DNA of 64,000 nucleotides from a virus: IMG/VR virus record IMGVR_UViG_3300027763_000039, positions 44,317 to 108,316 of that record; one strand, 5' to 3'. Shown piece by piece: positions 18,528 to 30,500 of this stretch (position 1 is its first letter; each line of letters starts with the position of its first letter). The notes under the pieces were generated by a model. It saw only the letters and a program-made list of their open reading frames with translations, ran no database searches and was not told where the DNA came from. The position numbers and the translations under genes were made by a program.

Positions 18528-21500
18528 TTATACTTGGAGTACTCCTTCTGTTTTCATTGCTAGTTTGTTCATGGCTCCGTTAACTTGATCTAGGATCATT
18601 CTCTGAATAGGTTCTTGCATATTAGCAAATACTGATGCTCCATTAATAACAACTTCTACTCTGTGTGTACCTTGTAGATTAACTTGTTCTGGTATTTTAA
18701 TCTGTTCAAGTTGACCAATAAATCTATTGAAAGTGCTGGTAAACTGGCTTAATCCGTCTAATTGACCTCTGCTATTATTATTTACACCACCACCGACTGG
18801 AGTTGCCCCCATGCTTTGAATCATGTTTTCTAAAGCCATACCAAATTGGGTTAATACTTGATTACTTCCAGTTAATAAAGTTCCAAATATCGCTAATTGT
18901 TTATCAACATCTCCAGCATGTTGAGGATCAAAAGCTGCTTGAGCAGCCATATTTACTCTTTGGCTCATTTGGGGATTCATCTGTTGATTACCCTGAGTAA
19001 ACATTGCCTGATTTTGTTGTTGGTTCTGTTGGTTTGTCTGATTCCCTTGAGGAGGAGCTTGTTGAATCTGTCTTGGTATTCCTCTATATTTATATTCTTC
19101 AGCTTTATTTATTTGTGCTTCTTTTACTCTCTCGCCCAATGCTTTTCTTTCAGCTTCTATACTATCTCTAGTCTGTTTTCTCTCTGCTTCTATTGCTGCT
19201 AGTCTTAGTTGATCTAATTGTCTTCTTTCATCTCTGTCTTGTGTATATTTTCGTTTTTTAGGAGTTTCTCCACCTGACTCTAAGTATACTACTCCACCAC
19301 TAGAAAATCCTTGGGCTCCACTATTAATACTCTTTAACAGAGGTAGATTTTGCTGAGTGGCCTGACGATTAACAACAAACTCTCCTGGGGTCAACATTGC
19401 TGGTACAGTGTCTGTGCCTCTTGGCTGATAAGGAATCAACATTCCATTATTAGCATAAACCACCCCACCTCTAGCCTTAGCTAATACATCAATATTACTA
19501 GGAGCTAAATTGTCTGAACCAATATATTTAATAGCTGATCCAGGTGGCATAGTTTCAAAAAATCCTTCTCTAAATTTTTGAAGCATCTCTGGATTTCTTT
19601 TTCCTATAAACTTCATAATTTGGGATAGAACTTCACCATCTCTTGTTACTGCATCTGTACTATCATATATTGCTCGTCTGCTTGGTAGTCTAGTCTGCTG
19701 TTGCATTAGCCAACTATCTGCAAGACCTCCCCCTCCACTATTTGGACTAGCAAATGTTTGTGTTTGAATACCTCTTAAGGTTTTACCAGATGGATCTTGT
19801 AATTCTAGTTTCTTTAATAACGGGGAATATTTCATATCAGATAATACTGATTGTACTTGGTCAAAATTATCATGTAACCAACGAGCCACATAAGATTTAT
19901 TTAGCTCATAATCAAGATCAAATCTTGATGGGTCTAATGTTTCATCAAATTTAACAATCATGGGTTTACCACGAGTATCTGCTCCTGTAAGTGTTCCTTG
20001 CATAATAGATCTGGCGTGTTTTTCAGCTGCTTCCCTACTAGTGTAGGTGTACAAGCCTTGACCTTGTCCGTACCCCTTTGCAATACTACTTTTACCACCT
20101 TCTTTTTGAAAACTTTTTAAAATAGAGTCTTCTAAGCCAGTATTACTAGCATGAAAAAGAGGTACAGTTTTAGAAGCTTTGGGCACATCTAATGGCGCAC
20201 TAGATTTAGTAATAGGAGTTTTTGCTCCTCTGATACTTTGTCTTGAACCAGCGTTGGTTGTTGTAGCACCTCCAGCCACAGCTGCTTCAGCAATATCAGT
20301 AAACATATTCCAAGCTGCACCAGCTCTTTCTAAAAAAGAAGCTCCTAATAATCCTGGTCCTGCTGGTGGACCATAAGCACTAATTTCTCCTGTTGGAGTA
20401 TGCCACTGTCTCCCACTATTATCTGTAGTTATTTTTGCTCGTTGTGTTTGTAATTTTGCCTGTTGATTAGCAAAGTCTAATTCTCCTTGGGTTGGAGTCA
20501 TTTCTGGCATATAGTTCTGATTTTGTTGACCTAGTCTTGGATCCATTAATCGTGATCCTGGAACCAACACACCATTTTGAGCATAAACTATGCCACCCTG
20601 AGATTTAAATTGACCAAATGCTTTTGCTTTAGAGGATGGTATTGGTGTGACAGGTGTTGGGCTTACGGGCTTAACTAAATCGCCATAGCCTTGTTGCTCA
20701 ATTTCATATGAGGTTGTTGGTCTTCTAATATAGTCTTCACCAACACCAGACTCAACTCTAGTAGTATCTGTTATAAGACTTGGTTTCTTAGTATAACCAT
20801 TTTCTCCAGCACTAATATCAGGATGTTTTTCTAATTTTTTCCATAATTTTTTAGCATCTGGAGTTTGACTATCGTCAGGTATTACAGAACCACCTATTTT
20901 AGTGATATACTCTATAATAGCATGATATAAACTTTCTCCATATCCTTTTTTGGCTAATGATGTTTCTATTTTAAATGTTTTTTGATTATCTATCGGTTTT
21001 GCAGAAACTCTTCCCCATCCTTGGTTAGCGGATCCAGTTTTTGGATCTTCATAAAAAGCAATTATCTCTCTTGCATCTTCTCCAAATACTTCTGAATTAA
21101 ACTTGTCTGCATTTGTATTATCGTATGGACTTAGAATGCGAATTTTATTACTTGCTGGAGCTCCAGGAACATCTGGAGTTTGTGGTTTATTTTGTTGAGC
21201 AAGGAGAGACTGTTGGAGCTTGATCATAACTTTTTGTTTAGCATCTTCTAATACTCCACGAGCTGTTTCTATTAAGAATCCACCTCTAGATTGTGCTAGT
21301 TTTGGATCAGTATCTGCTTGAGTTAAATTAAAATTAGTATGTCTAGACAAAAATTCAGCAGCAGCAGACTCGCTTTCAGGTTGATAGAAATTACCAGTTC
21401 CTTCGACTTTAGCACCATATGTGCCTCCAACTTTTTGTTCAGCAGTACCAATTAAACCTCTATCTTTGTATCGGGAGGCATTCATTTCATCTACTGGTCC

Positions 21501-24500
21501 AAGATTAACACGTTCAAATTTACCCATTTCTGAACGAAAATTACTTAATAGTACTTCTTTTAATGCTGTTTGTATATTTTCTCTACCAATAGTATCTCTA
21601 ACCCCCATACGACCAACAGGCTGTTGCGCAACACCAGGGGCTTTTGCTCCTATTCCGGTAATGCCAATCTCTTGATCTCCAAACAATAAATTAGTACGAT
21701 TAAATGTTTTTGGTAATTCACCAGATGTTCCAGTTAGTTGATATAATGTTTCAACTAAACTATCAAAAACTGGTTGAGGATATTGAATAAGTCTCTGTAT
21801 CGAATCAATATCAAAATCTTTTGTTTCAATAAATTTAGAAAAAGTTGGTTTAGCTTGAGGTTTTATAAAAGAGCTTGCACCTGTTATTTTATTAGTATCA
21901 ACTGTTCTGTTGGAAGCAAAGTCATATTCTGATGAATTCTTAGCCGAAGTATATGCTGCATCTAATGTTTGTTGATGACTTCGTACTCTGTAGCTAGCAA
22001 TTTCATCTGCTCTTTCTTCTAAGCTTCTATAGACAGGTAAACCCTGCTGGTTTCTTGATTTAGTATCTGGTCTAAGAGTACCCTCTTTTTCTTGTTTTTG
22101 ATATTCTGCAAGTTGTTCTTTGGCCCATTGAGTTTTTAGTTTCTCTAATCTTTTGAATTCAATATCTCTAGCATCTTTTAGAGATTTTTGATATTCTGCC
22201 AATGTTCGACTTTGAGACATAGTTTTACTTGGATCAAATACTTGCGCCGTAGCTTGTGTGTCAGTTGAGGTAAGACCAGTTCCTTTTACTCCTCCAGCTT
22301 TTGGATTAGCAGCGCCGCGAGTGCCCAAATCTTCAAAACCCAAAGGAGCTCTTTCTGGTCGTGGGGCTGGTAATACTACTGGTTGTTTAAGCAGAGGGGT
22401 TTTTGCTCTTGGTACTCTTGTTTGTGGTGATGGTTTAGGTCCTGCTCCGGGTAAACCAAAAAGAAAACTTCCTACAATATCACTAAACATATTCATTCTC
22501 TCATGGAATGGAGCACCCAATGGCCCTGGTCCTGGTGGTGGTCCATAAGCACTTATAACACCTTCTGGAGCATTCCAATCAAATCCTTCAGCATCTCTAT
22601 TTGCTACATGAGCTTGTTGTTGTCTACGTGCCCAATCTAATTCTCCTTGAGTTGGAGTCATTTCCGGCATATCACTCTGATTTTGTTGGCCCAATCTTGG
22701 ATCCATTATTCTTGGAACTAGCGTACCTTCATGAGCATAAATTATCCCACCCTTAGAATATGTGGTAGCATTCGCATCTTCTGGATCAAAATCTTTAATC
22801 ATCTTTTCAAGTCTATCACCCTTGACTCCCGGATAATTTTCTTTCATCCAAGTTCTAAAATTAACTGCTGGTGAACCACCAACAGCATCGGAATAATTAC
22901 CATATTCATTCCAATACTGCCGGGAATTTCTCAACTGAGAGGATTCCTCAGGGTTACCCCAATTTTTTAAAATACTTGCTATTCTGGCTTCCTGTCTTGC
23001 TTTCTCTATTTGTTCTGGTGTTAGTTTAGCTTTATTACTCTGTTTGTCTTTTCTTTTGATACCTGCCACTTGTTTTCTTCTTAACTTCTCATTTTCATAG
23101 TCTGCTTTTCTTTGTGCTCTTATATCTTCTAAACTAGGTTTATTTATTTGTCTACCATCTTGAGCATAAACAACTCCACCATTAGAATAAAGTTCAGCCA
23201 TTCTCATGGCCATCATAGTTTCATATTTATCCTTAAACATAGTATAAAAATCTAAATCTTCTGTTGCAAATCCAGAATCTTCTGATCTATTTAATGAATT
23301 ACGATTAGCTAAGAAATAGTGATATGCCTGTTCAACAGTTTTATATGGCACTGGTTTATTTGCAGACACTAGTGCTTGTTGATGTCTTTTCATTATTTGT
23401 CTAACCGCTCCAAGCCTAGCATCAATTTCAAATGGCCTAGTTAAATATTCTGCTCTAGACATGCTTATAGGATTGTTTGGATACTTTGCATTATAAACTT
23501 GAACAGCCCAATCTAGATCTTCGTTTGTCATAAAAGTTTCAGATCGTTGCGATTCATCAGTACTTCCAAAAGCAGCATGTCTCATCTCGTGCATTAATAG
23601 TCCGTATGAGCCCTTTTTAGGATCAACATGAATTACTTCTTGTCCTTCTTTTCCCATTAAAGATCCACTAAATCTGGTGTCAAAAGGAGGCTGATAGTGA
23701 GTGCGTATTTTAGTATCTAATTTATGTCTTTCAACATAAGGAAAAGCTCTTCGATATTGTAAATGATCTAATTTCCCTAATGGTTGACTTTTAAGTTCTT
23801 CATCGTTGCTTATGGCAGCATTATATCCTTCTGCAACTGCTTTGTCTAATTCTGCTTTTGATCCGTAAGCTGGTGTTCTAGGACTAAATTTTGCTGGTAG
23901 TCCTTTGCCAAGAGCAACGTCTTCAAAAGATAAGTCTTGGGAAGGTATATGCTTGCCTTTTTCAGCATAAATTACACCTCCTTTGTCTTTATTAATAGCT
24001 TGTAATAATGGTAAATTTTGACTAGTTGCCTTAGCATTAACAACAAACTCACCAGGAGTTAGCATTGCTGGTACAGTATCCGTGCCTTTGGGCTGATAAT
24101 TTATTAATTTACCAGCTGATGCATATACTATACCACCCTTACTAAATTGAGCACCTGCGCCACCCGGATTAACCGGAAGATTACCTGCACCGGGAGGAGC
24201 ACCGGGAAGAGGAGGACCATTTTGAGCACCAGCAGGAGGAGCAGGGGGTATCATAGGTGGAGCAGCTGCTAGAAGCAGCAATCTATCTAATTTAGCATCC
24301 ATTCTGTTAGATAATGCAAAATGAGCAGTGGATAGTTCATAATGGGTTGAGTCTCTATCCATCATGTATCCTAGACTATCAGAAGTCTGTGATAAATTTG
24401 TTTTATTCTGTTTCTTCAAATCATCAGTGTTTTTGAGTAATCTTTGCTCGGTAACATCTACCTTATCAAATCTAGTTAAATTATTTCTATTGATAGTATC

Positions 24501-27500
24501 GGTATTATTAACTAGTTTGGGTAGTTGTTGATCTTTGGTATTTTTAGTAGTATCAGAAATCTTTGTTGATAGTCCTAGATTATTTTTAGCATTATTAGCA
24601 ATTTCTTGTTGTAGTCTTGAGTTTAATTCTTTATCACGAATTTGTGATGACTGTTGTGTAGAGTCTAATGTTTTAGTTTCTCCCCCAACTGATCTATAAA
24701 TTACTCCACCCTTGCTCTTATTAATAGCTTGTAATAAAGGAAGATGTTGACTGGTGGCTTTAGCATTAACAACAAATTCGCCCGGAGTTAACATTGCGGG
24801 AACGGTATCAGTTCCTCGTGGTTGATAATCTACTAATGTTCCATCTGCCGCATAAATCATTCCACCATTACTACTTCCTTGAGCTACTCTGAACGCAGGA
24901 TTACCAGCAGCAACTCTAGGATATAGTAATCCAACAGTATTGTTAATATTGAAAGCTGATAATCTAGCAGCATTAGCAGCATCAGTATCTTCTGGATTAA
25001 TATAACCCATTTTCGTTAATTGTTTGCTAATATTATTCTTTAGCATGGCCTGTTGACCAGGATTCATGCCTTGACCTCTTGCTGCCATTCTATCAATGCT
25101 ACTAAAGTTTCTTAATAACTTAGCAAAAGTTTTTCCTTGAGCTTTCTCTAGTCTTTTTCTCTCAGCCATAGTAGCCACATCCGCACCATAATCACCAGAC
25201 TTATTATAGATACGAAATGCTACTTGCTCAATTTGATCTTGACTCATTCTTAATATGGCAATATCTCTATCACTATATTTATAGTTACCACCAACCGTTT
25301 GCTGACTCATTGTTTGAATAAGTGCTTCAGCTTGTTCTGGTGTGAATGGACGGAAAAGATCTTTAGCAGCATCTGCTGATAAGCCGTACTTTGTTAAGAG
25401 TTTTTCGTCTAGTCTGGGACTTCCACTTAGATTAAACTTTCCTCTAAGTTTAGATAAGGCTTGTTCTCTCCAGCCCATAAAAGCTTCTGGACTACGGAAT
25501 TTATCTGGAGCACCCATACCAACAGCTTTACCTACCGCTAATTCCAAGTTAAATCGTCTAGAATTAGCTCTATTAGATGCTAAAATTTGTGCTCTATTAG
25601 CTTCTCTTTCTTGTTTTTTCTCATAGTTTTTCCATAGTCTATCTTGTTCAGCTAGTGGGATATCAACAAAAGCTTTATTATTTAATGATACAATTTGTCT
25701 ATTTTTATCTTCAAGTTGTTGTAATAGCTTTTCTTTATCTCTCTTCTGTTCCTTGCTCATATCCTTAGGGTCTTTATACTTATATCTATCTATTTCTGCT
25801 TCTATTTCTTGTTTTTCTTTATTTAATTTATCTGTCTGTTTATAAACATCAACTGTGTCTCCATCAAAAGCGACCTTTGCAGCCCCTGGTGGTAATGCTG
25901 GACGATCAACCCATCGATCAGCCTGACTTTCATTTGCTGCTCGTCTTCTGTTAATATTTTCCTGATTATTTCTATTAATAGTTTGAAAACCTGATACAGC
26001 AGCATTTGCAACTGATGATACATAAGGAACTGCTGTCTGTACTGCTCTATTAGCTGTAGCTCTAACTTGTGTTGCTCTAGTTTGTCTTCTTTCTTCTTGT
26101 CTTTGTCTTTCAACCTTTTTAGCTTTTTCTGCTCTTTTTTGCTCTGCGGCTAGTTCTGATTTTCTTTCTTGCTCATCTAAATATTGTACATGAGCTTCTG
26201 TGGCGGCATCTAGGCGAGCACTACTAGCTCCTGTTCCTCTATTTTTATCTTGTTTAGTGTCCCAAAATATGCCAGGAACAGTATCCATTGTATTAAAAGA
26301 ATCATCAATAAGTCTTATTTGTTCATCATAAAAATTTTGGTTTGAACTAGTGCCCTGAGAATTTCCTCGGGCTGCTTGATCTTTTTTCTTTAATCTTAAT
26401 AGTTCTGCTTTTCTTTCTACAGCGCTTCTTTGAAATGCATTTAAGTCAAAACCACCAAGATGATCATTGGGTCTTCTGGGTCTTCTGCTAGCTTGTAAGT
26501 TTCTATTTGTTCTTATTTCACTGGTAGTTGCATCATTAGCATCTGCTAAATAACCAGCTGTTTCTTGAATATTCATAGCTAATGCAGCTGTAATTGGAGC
26601 GAATTGTGCTGGGACACCCATAGTAGCGTGTTCAACTGAAGTTAATCCTAATTGACTGAAATTACCCAATTGTCTATCTAACATAGTTCCTTGTTCAACA
26701 CCCGTAGCCCATCCTATCATAGAATGAGCTCCAACATCACCCATGGTCTCTCCCGTGCCTGTTAACATTCCTAGTCCAGTATTAACTAATCTATTTCTAT
26801 TTGTGAGTCTAGGATCAGCCATTGCTCCACTAACAGCGCCAAAAATTGATCCAAAAAATCGACCAGCAATAGGAGCGGCAGCTCTGGCAATACCTGGAGC
26901 TTGACTAGCTCCATAACTCAAAGCTGCTCCGGGATTTCTAATAACAGATCTAGCTCCTTGATAAGCACTGCCTAACATATTTCCAGTTCTATTTAGTAAT
27001 GAAGCTGGTGGTTTTGGTTTTACCGGTTGTATTCCTAACCATCTTTCTAAACCATTTGGATTTACATTTCTGGGTCTTCTTATCTCTGGGATATCGTTAT
27101 CACCTAAGTCTAGTCCTGCTAATTTGACTTCAGTTATTTGTTGTATGTAGGGTTTAAAAATTGGATCATTAATACCTAATCTAGAAGCTCGCACAGCTGC
27201 ATTCCATTCTCTCCTTACCCTAGCTCCAGTCATAGCTGGATCACCCTGTCTAGCTAATAAAAATTTAAATAAAGGATCACGAGGACTAAGATTACTAGGT
27301 ACTCTATATCTATTTCCTCTTGCTATGATATTTAATGCATCACCAGCATCATCACTGCCAGATATCATATTAGCAACTAGCGGATCTATTACATTTGCTA
27401 TCTGCACAGGGTTGGTTGATCCACCAGCTAAATAAACCACCCCACCCTTAGCATATTTACCAGAATTAATACTCTTTAAAAGAGGCAAATTATTTTGTGT

Positions 27501-30500
27501 AGCTGATCTATTAACTACAAATTCACCAGGAGTTAACATGGCAGGAACAGTGTCAGTTCCTCTTGGCTCATAATTAACTAAAGTTCCACTAGCAGCATAA
27601 ACTGGACCACCTTGTGCTCTAGTCATAACATTGCCCGGTCTGGCTAATCCTAATCCTTCATTACGACCTTGAGCATTATTAAAAGCATTGGTCAAATTAG
27701 TTAAAGCTGTTATTAAAGCTGTATTAGCAGTATTGAGTATTTGAGCTTGTTTTTCTAATAGTGGGTTAATAGCCTTTTGAGTAGCTTCGCCCAAAGCTGC
27801 CTGTTGTTGTTTATATAGATTCTCTAGTGCTTTAATTTGTGGATCTTCTTTTGGGGCAGCTCTCAGGTTGGCAACAATTTCTCTTAAGAAAGGATTATTT
27901 TGAACATTAAGACCTTGGTTTCTGGCTGTGTTCTCAATCAAATCAGCTCTTAGATTTCCGGCTCTTTGAGGATCAGTATTATCTAATCCAGAAACAGTAA
28001 TAAGCTCATTAAATAAACCAAAAGTATTCTTGGCATCACTAGCAAAAGCTTCTTGAGCAGCACCGACCGCATCCATGTGGGTGCCGCCATCCTCAATAAC
28101 TTTTTGGTAAGCTTGTTGAGCAGAGATGGACTGGTTGATGGTGGTGATTTGACCGTTTAATGTTCTATTAAGAAGATCATAGGTGGAATTGAGATTTTTT
28201 AATTCTGTGGGGGTGCTTGTTACTAATTTTTCTCCAAAAGAAGCTCCGGCCTGAGTTTTACTTTCTTTCTCTGATCTTAGCTGACTAATTTTACTAAGAG
28301 TGTCTTGCATATCTTGTTTGATAAGATCTGGTAGGGTTTCTAAACCTTTTTCAGTAGCGGCGATTTGTCTATTTAGATTAGCAAGAGCTTCTTTTTGCTT
28401 GTTGATAAGAGATATAACAGCAGGATCTGCTGCATTACCTGAATTTTCTAGTTTACTAATATTACCTTGAACAGCAGCCTGCTGACCCATCAACATTGTT
28501 CTTTGGTTGGTCAAATTAGCTGCTGTTAAAGAGCCGGGTTTAATACCAGCGTTTATTGCTGCTTCAGTATATCTGCCTGATGCTCTTTCTTTAAGAGAAA
28601 TTCTTCGTCCTTCTCCTAGAGCTTCTTTGAGTGATACAGTACTGTCTGAGAGATATCCTTGTAAACTAGCAAATTTACCAATAGCTTGAGTTTGAAGTTC
28701 AGCTGCTTTTTGTACAGCTTCTCCATATTGATTTAATCCTTTTTCTATAAATTCATACTGACCCAACATTGTATTGAAGGATTTTTTCTGAGAGTCAATT
28801 AATTGTTTTAGTCCACCAGTGCTCTCTATTAAGGACTGAGGATCTAATACTCCGTCATTCTGTTTGATATTATCTTTAACAGCGCCTTTTAATTGTTCAC
28901 GAATAGCATCAGAGATTCTATTATCTCCAAAAGTATCTATAAGTTGTTGAGTTAATTCTCTGGTAATATCATCTCCTAAAGTTTCACTACTACCATTACC
29001 GCTCTGTTGTGCTTTAACAGCAATTTTTGTAATAGTATCTTCAGCAGAAGACCCGAACTTGGATAATCCTTCAACAAATTTCTTATCTGTACCAAACATT
29101 CCACTAACTTGACTAATTGCTGTTTGACGTTCTTTTTGTGAATAAGCATTAGGATTCTTTAATACGTCTTTAGACTTAAATTCTGTTTTTAGCGAAGCTT
29201 GACCACTTGCTATCTCATCAATTCTTTGACTGGCTTTGTCTAATCCCATAGTGGCTGCTGCAATAGCCTGATCCATGTTTTCAAAGGTTTTAGATATACT
29301 AACTGATGCAAGATTTAAAGTTCTTGCAGATTGTTGTAGAGCTTGCACCCTGGATCTTTCTGCTACAGTAGCTTGTAGTGTTGCTGTTTCTTCTTTAAAG
29401 TAAACATCTATTAACTCTTTTTGTCTCTTTTCAACATCTGCTATAATTTGTGGATCTTGTCCTGGAGTTTTCTTAATATTCTCTAATTTTTTATTTTCCA
29501 GATTAAACTTTTCATTAGTTTGAGCAATATTTAATTTTGCTAAGTCTTTATCTCCACCAAAAGAGGATAAGGCTTCCTGAATATTTGATCCACCCTCAAC
29601 CTTAGCTGTAATTGTCTTAAGAGCTATCTCTCCAGCAACTTTTTGGTTAGCAGTTTCTTCTTCAGCAATTTGCTTATCTGTTGGTTTCGCAGCTTTATAC
29701 ATACCGAAAGAAGCAGCTTCTAAACCACGAGTTAAATAACTGGGCTGTCGTAATTCTGCTTGTTTTGCTGATATTTTTTCTTCTTCAGCAGCAATGCTTT
29801 TAAAATTTTGAATAATTGATGATGTAATAGCGGCATCTTTTGGATTTTTATTAAGTTTTTCTAATTGAGCTTCCGCATTTGTAGCACTACCTTCTATTTT
29901 CTTTTTACTAACATCTATATCAGCTTCTGCCACTGCTTTGCCAAAGCTATCTACAGCTAATACCGCACCAGCTACTGCTCCAGCAAGTGCTCCCCAAGGA
30001 CCAAATTGTGCCCCAACAGATACGGCCCCACCAAATGCTGTGCCAGCAGCAGCAACTCCTCTACCATTGCTTCCACCAACCATTGAGCCTACCGCTTCTG
30101 CTGCCATAGGAGCAGCAAATGCTAGAGCTAAACCACCATTCATATATCTAGCTCTTCTATCTCTTTTAGCTTCATATTGTGCTCTTTGAGAGTCAGACAT
30201 GTTACCAATTTCTTCATCTGATGGTCCCATTATTCGACTTCTAATTGAACCCAATCCTCTAGATGCTCCTTGAAACGCTTTGGAAAGTGTAGGAAAGCTT
30301 TGTGCTAATCTGCTCTGAGATTGAGTATTTGTTTGAACAGCTTTATACAAACCTCCCCACGCATCTGCCACCTTTCTTTCTGCGGCGGCCTTGGCCATAG
30401 AAACACTAACGCTACTATCTGTTGCTCTAATTTGTCTAGTAAGAGATGCTACTTGTTTACGTTGAGCATCTGCTACGGCCTTGGCGGCATTTTGATCTCC

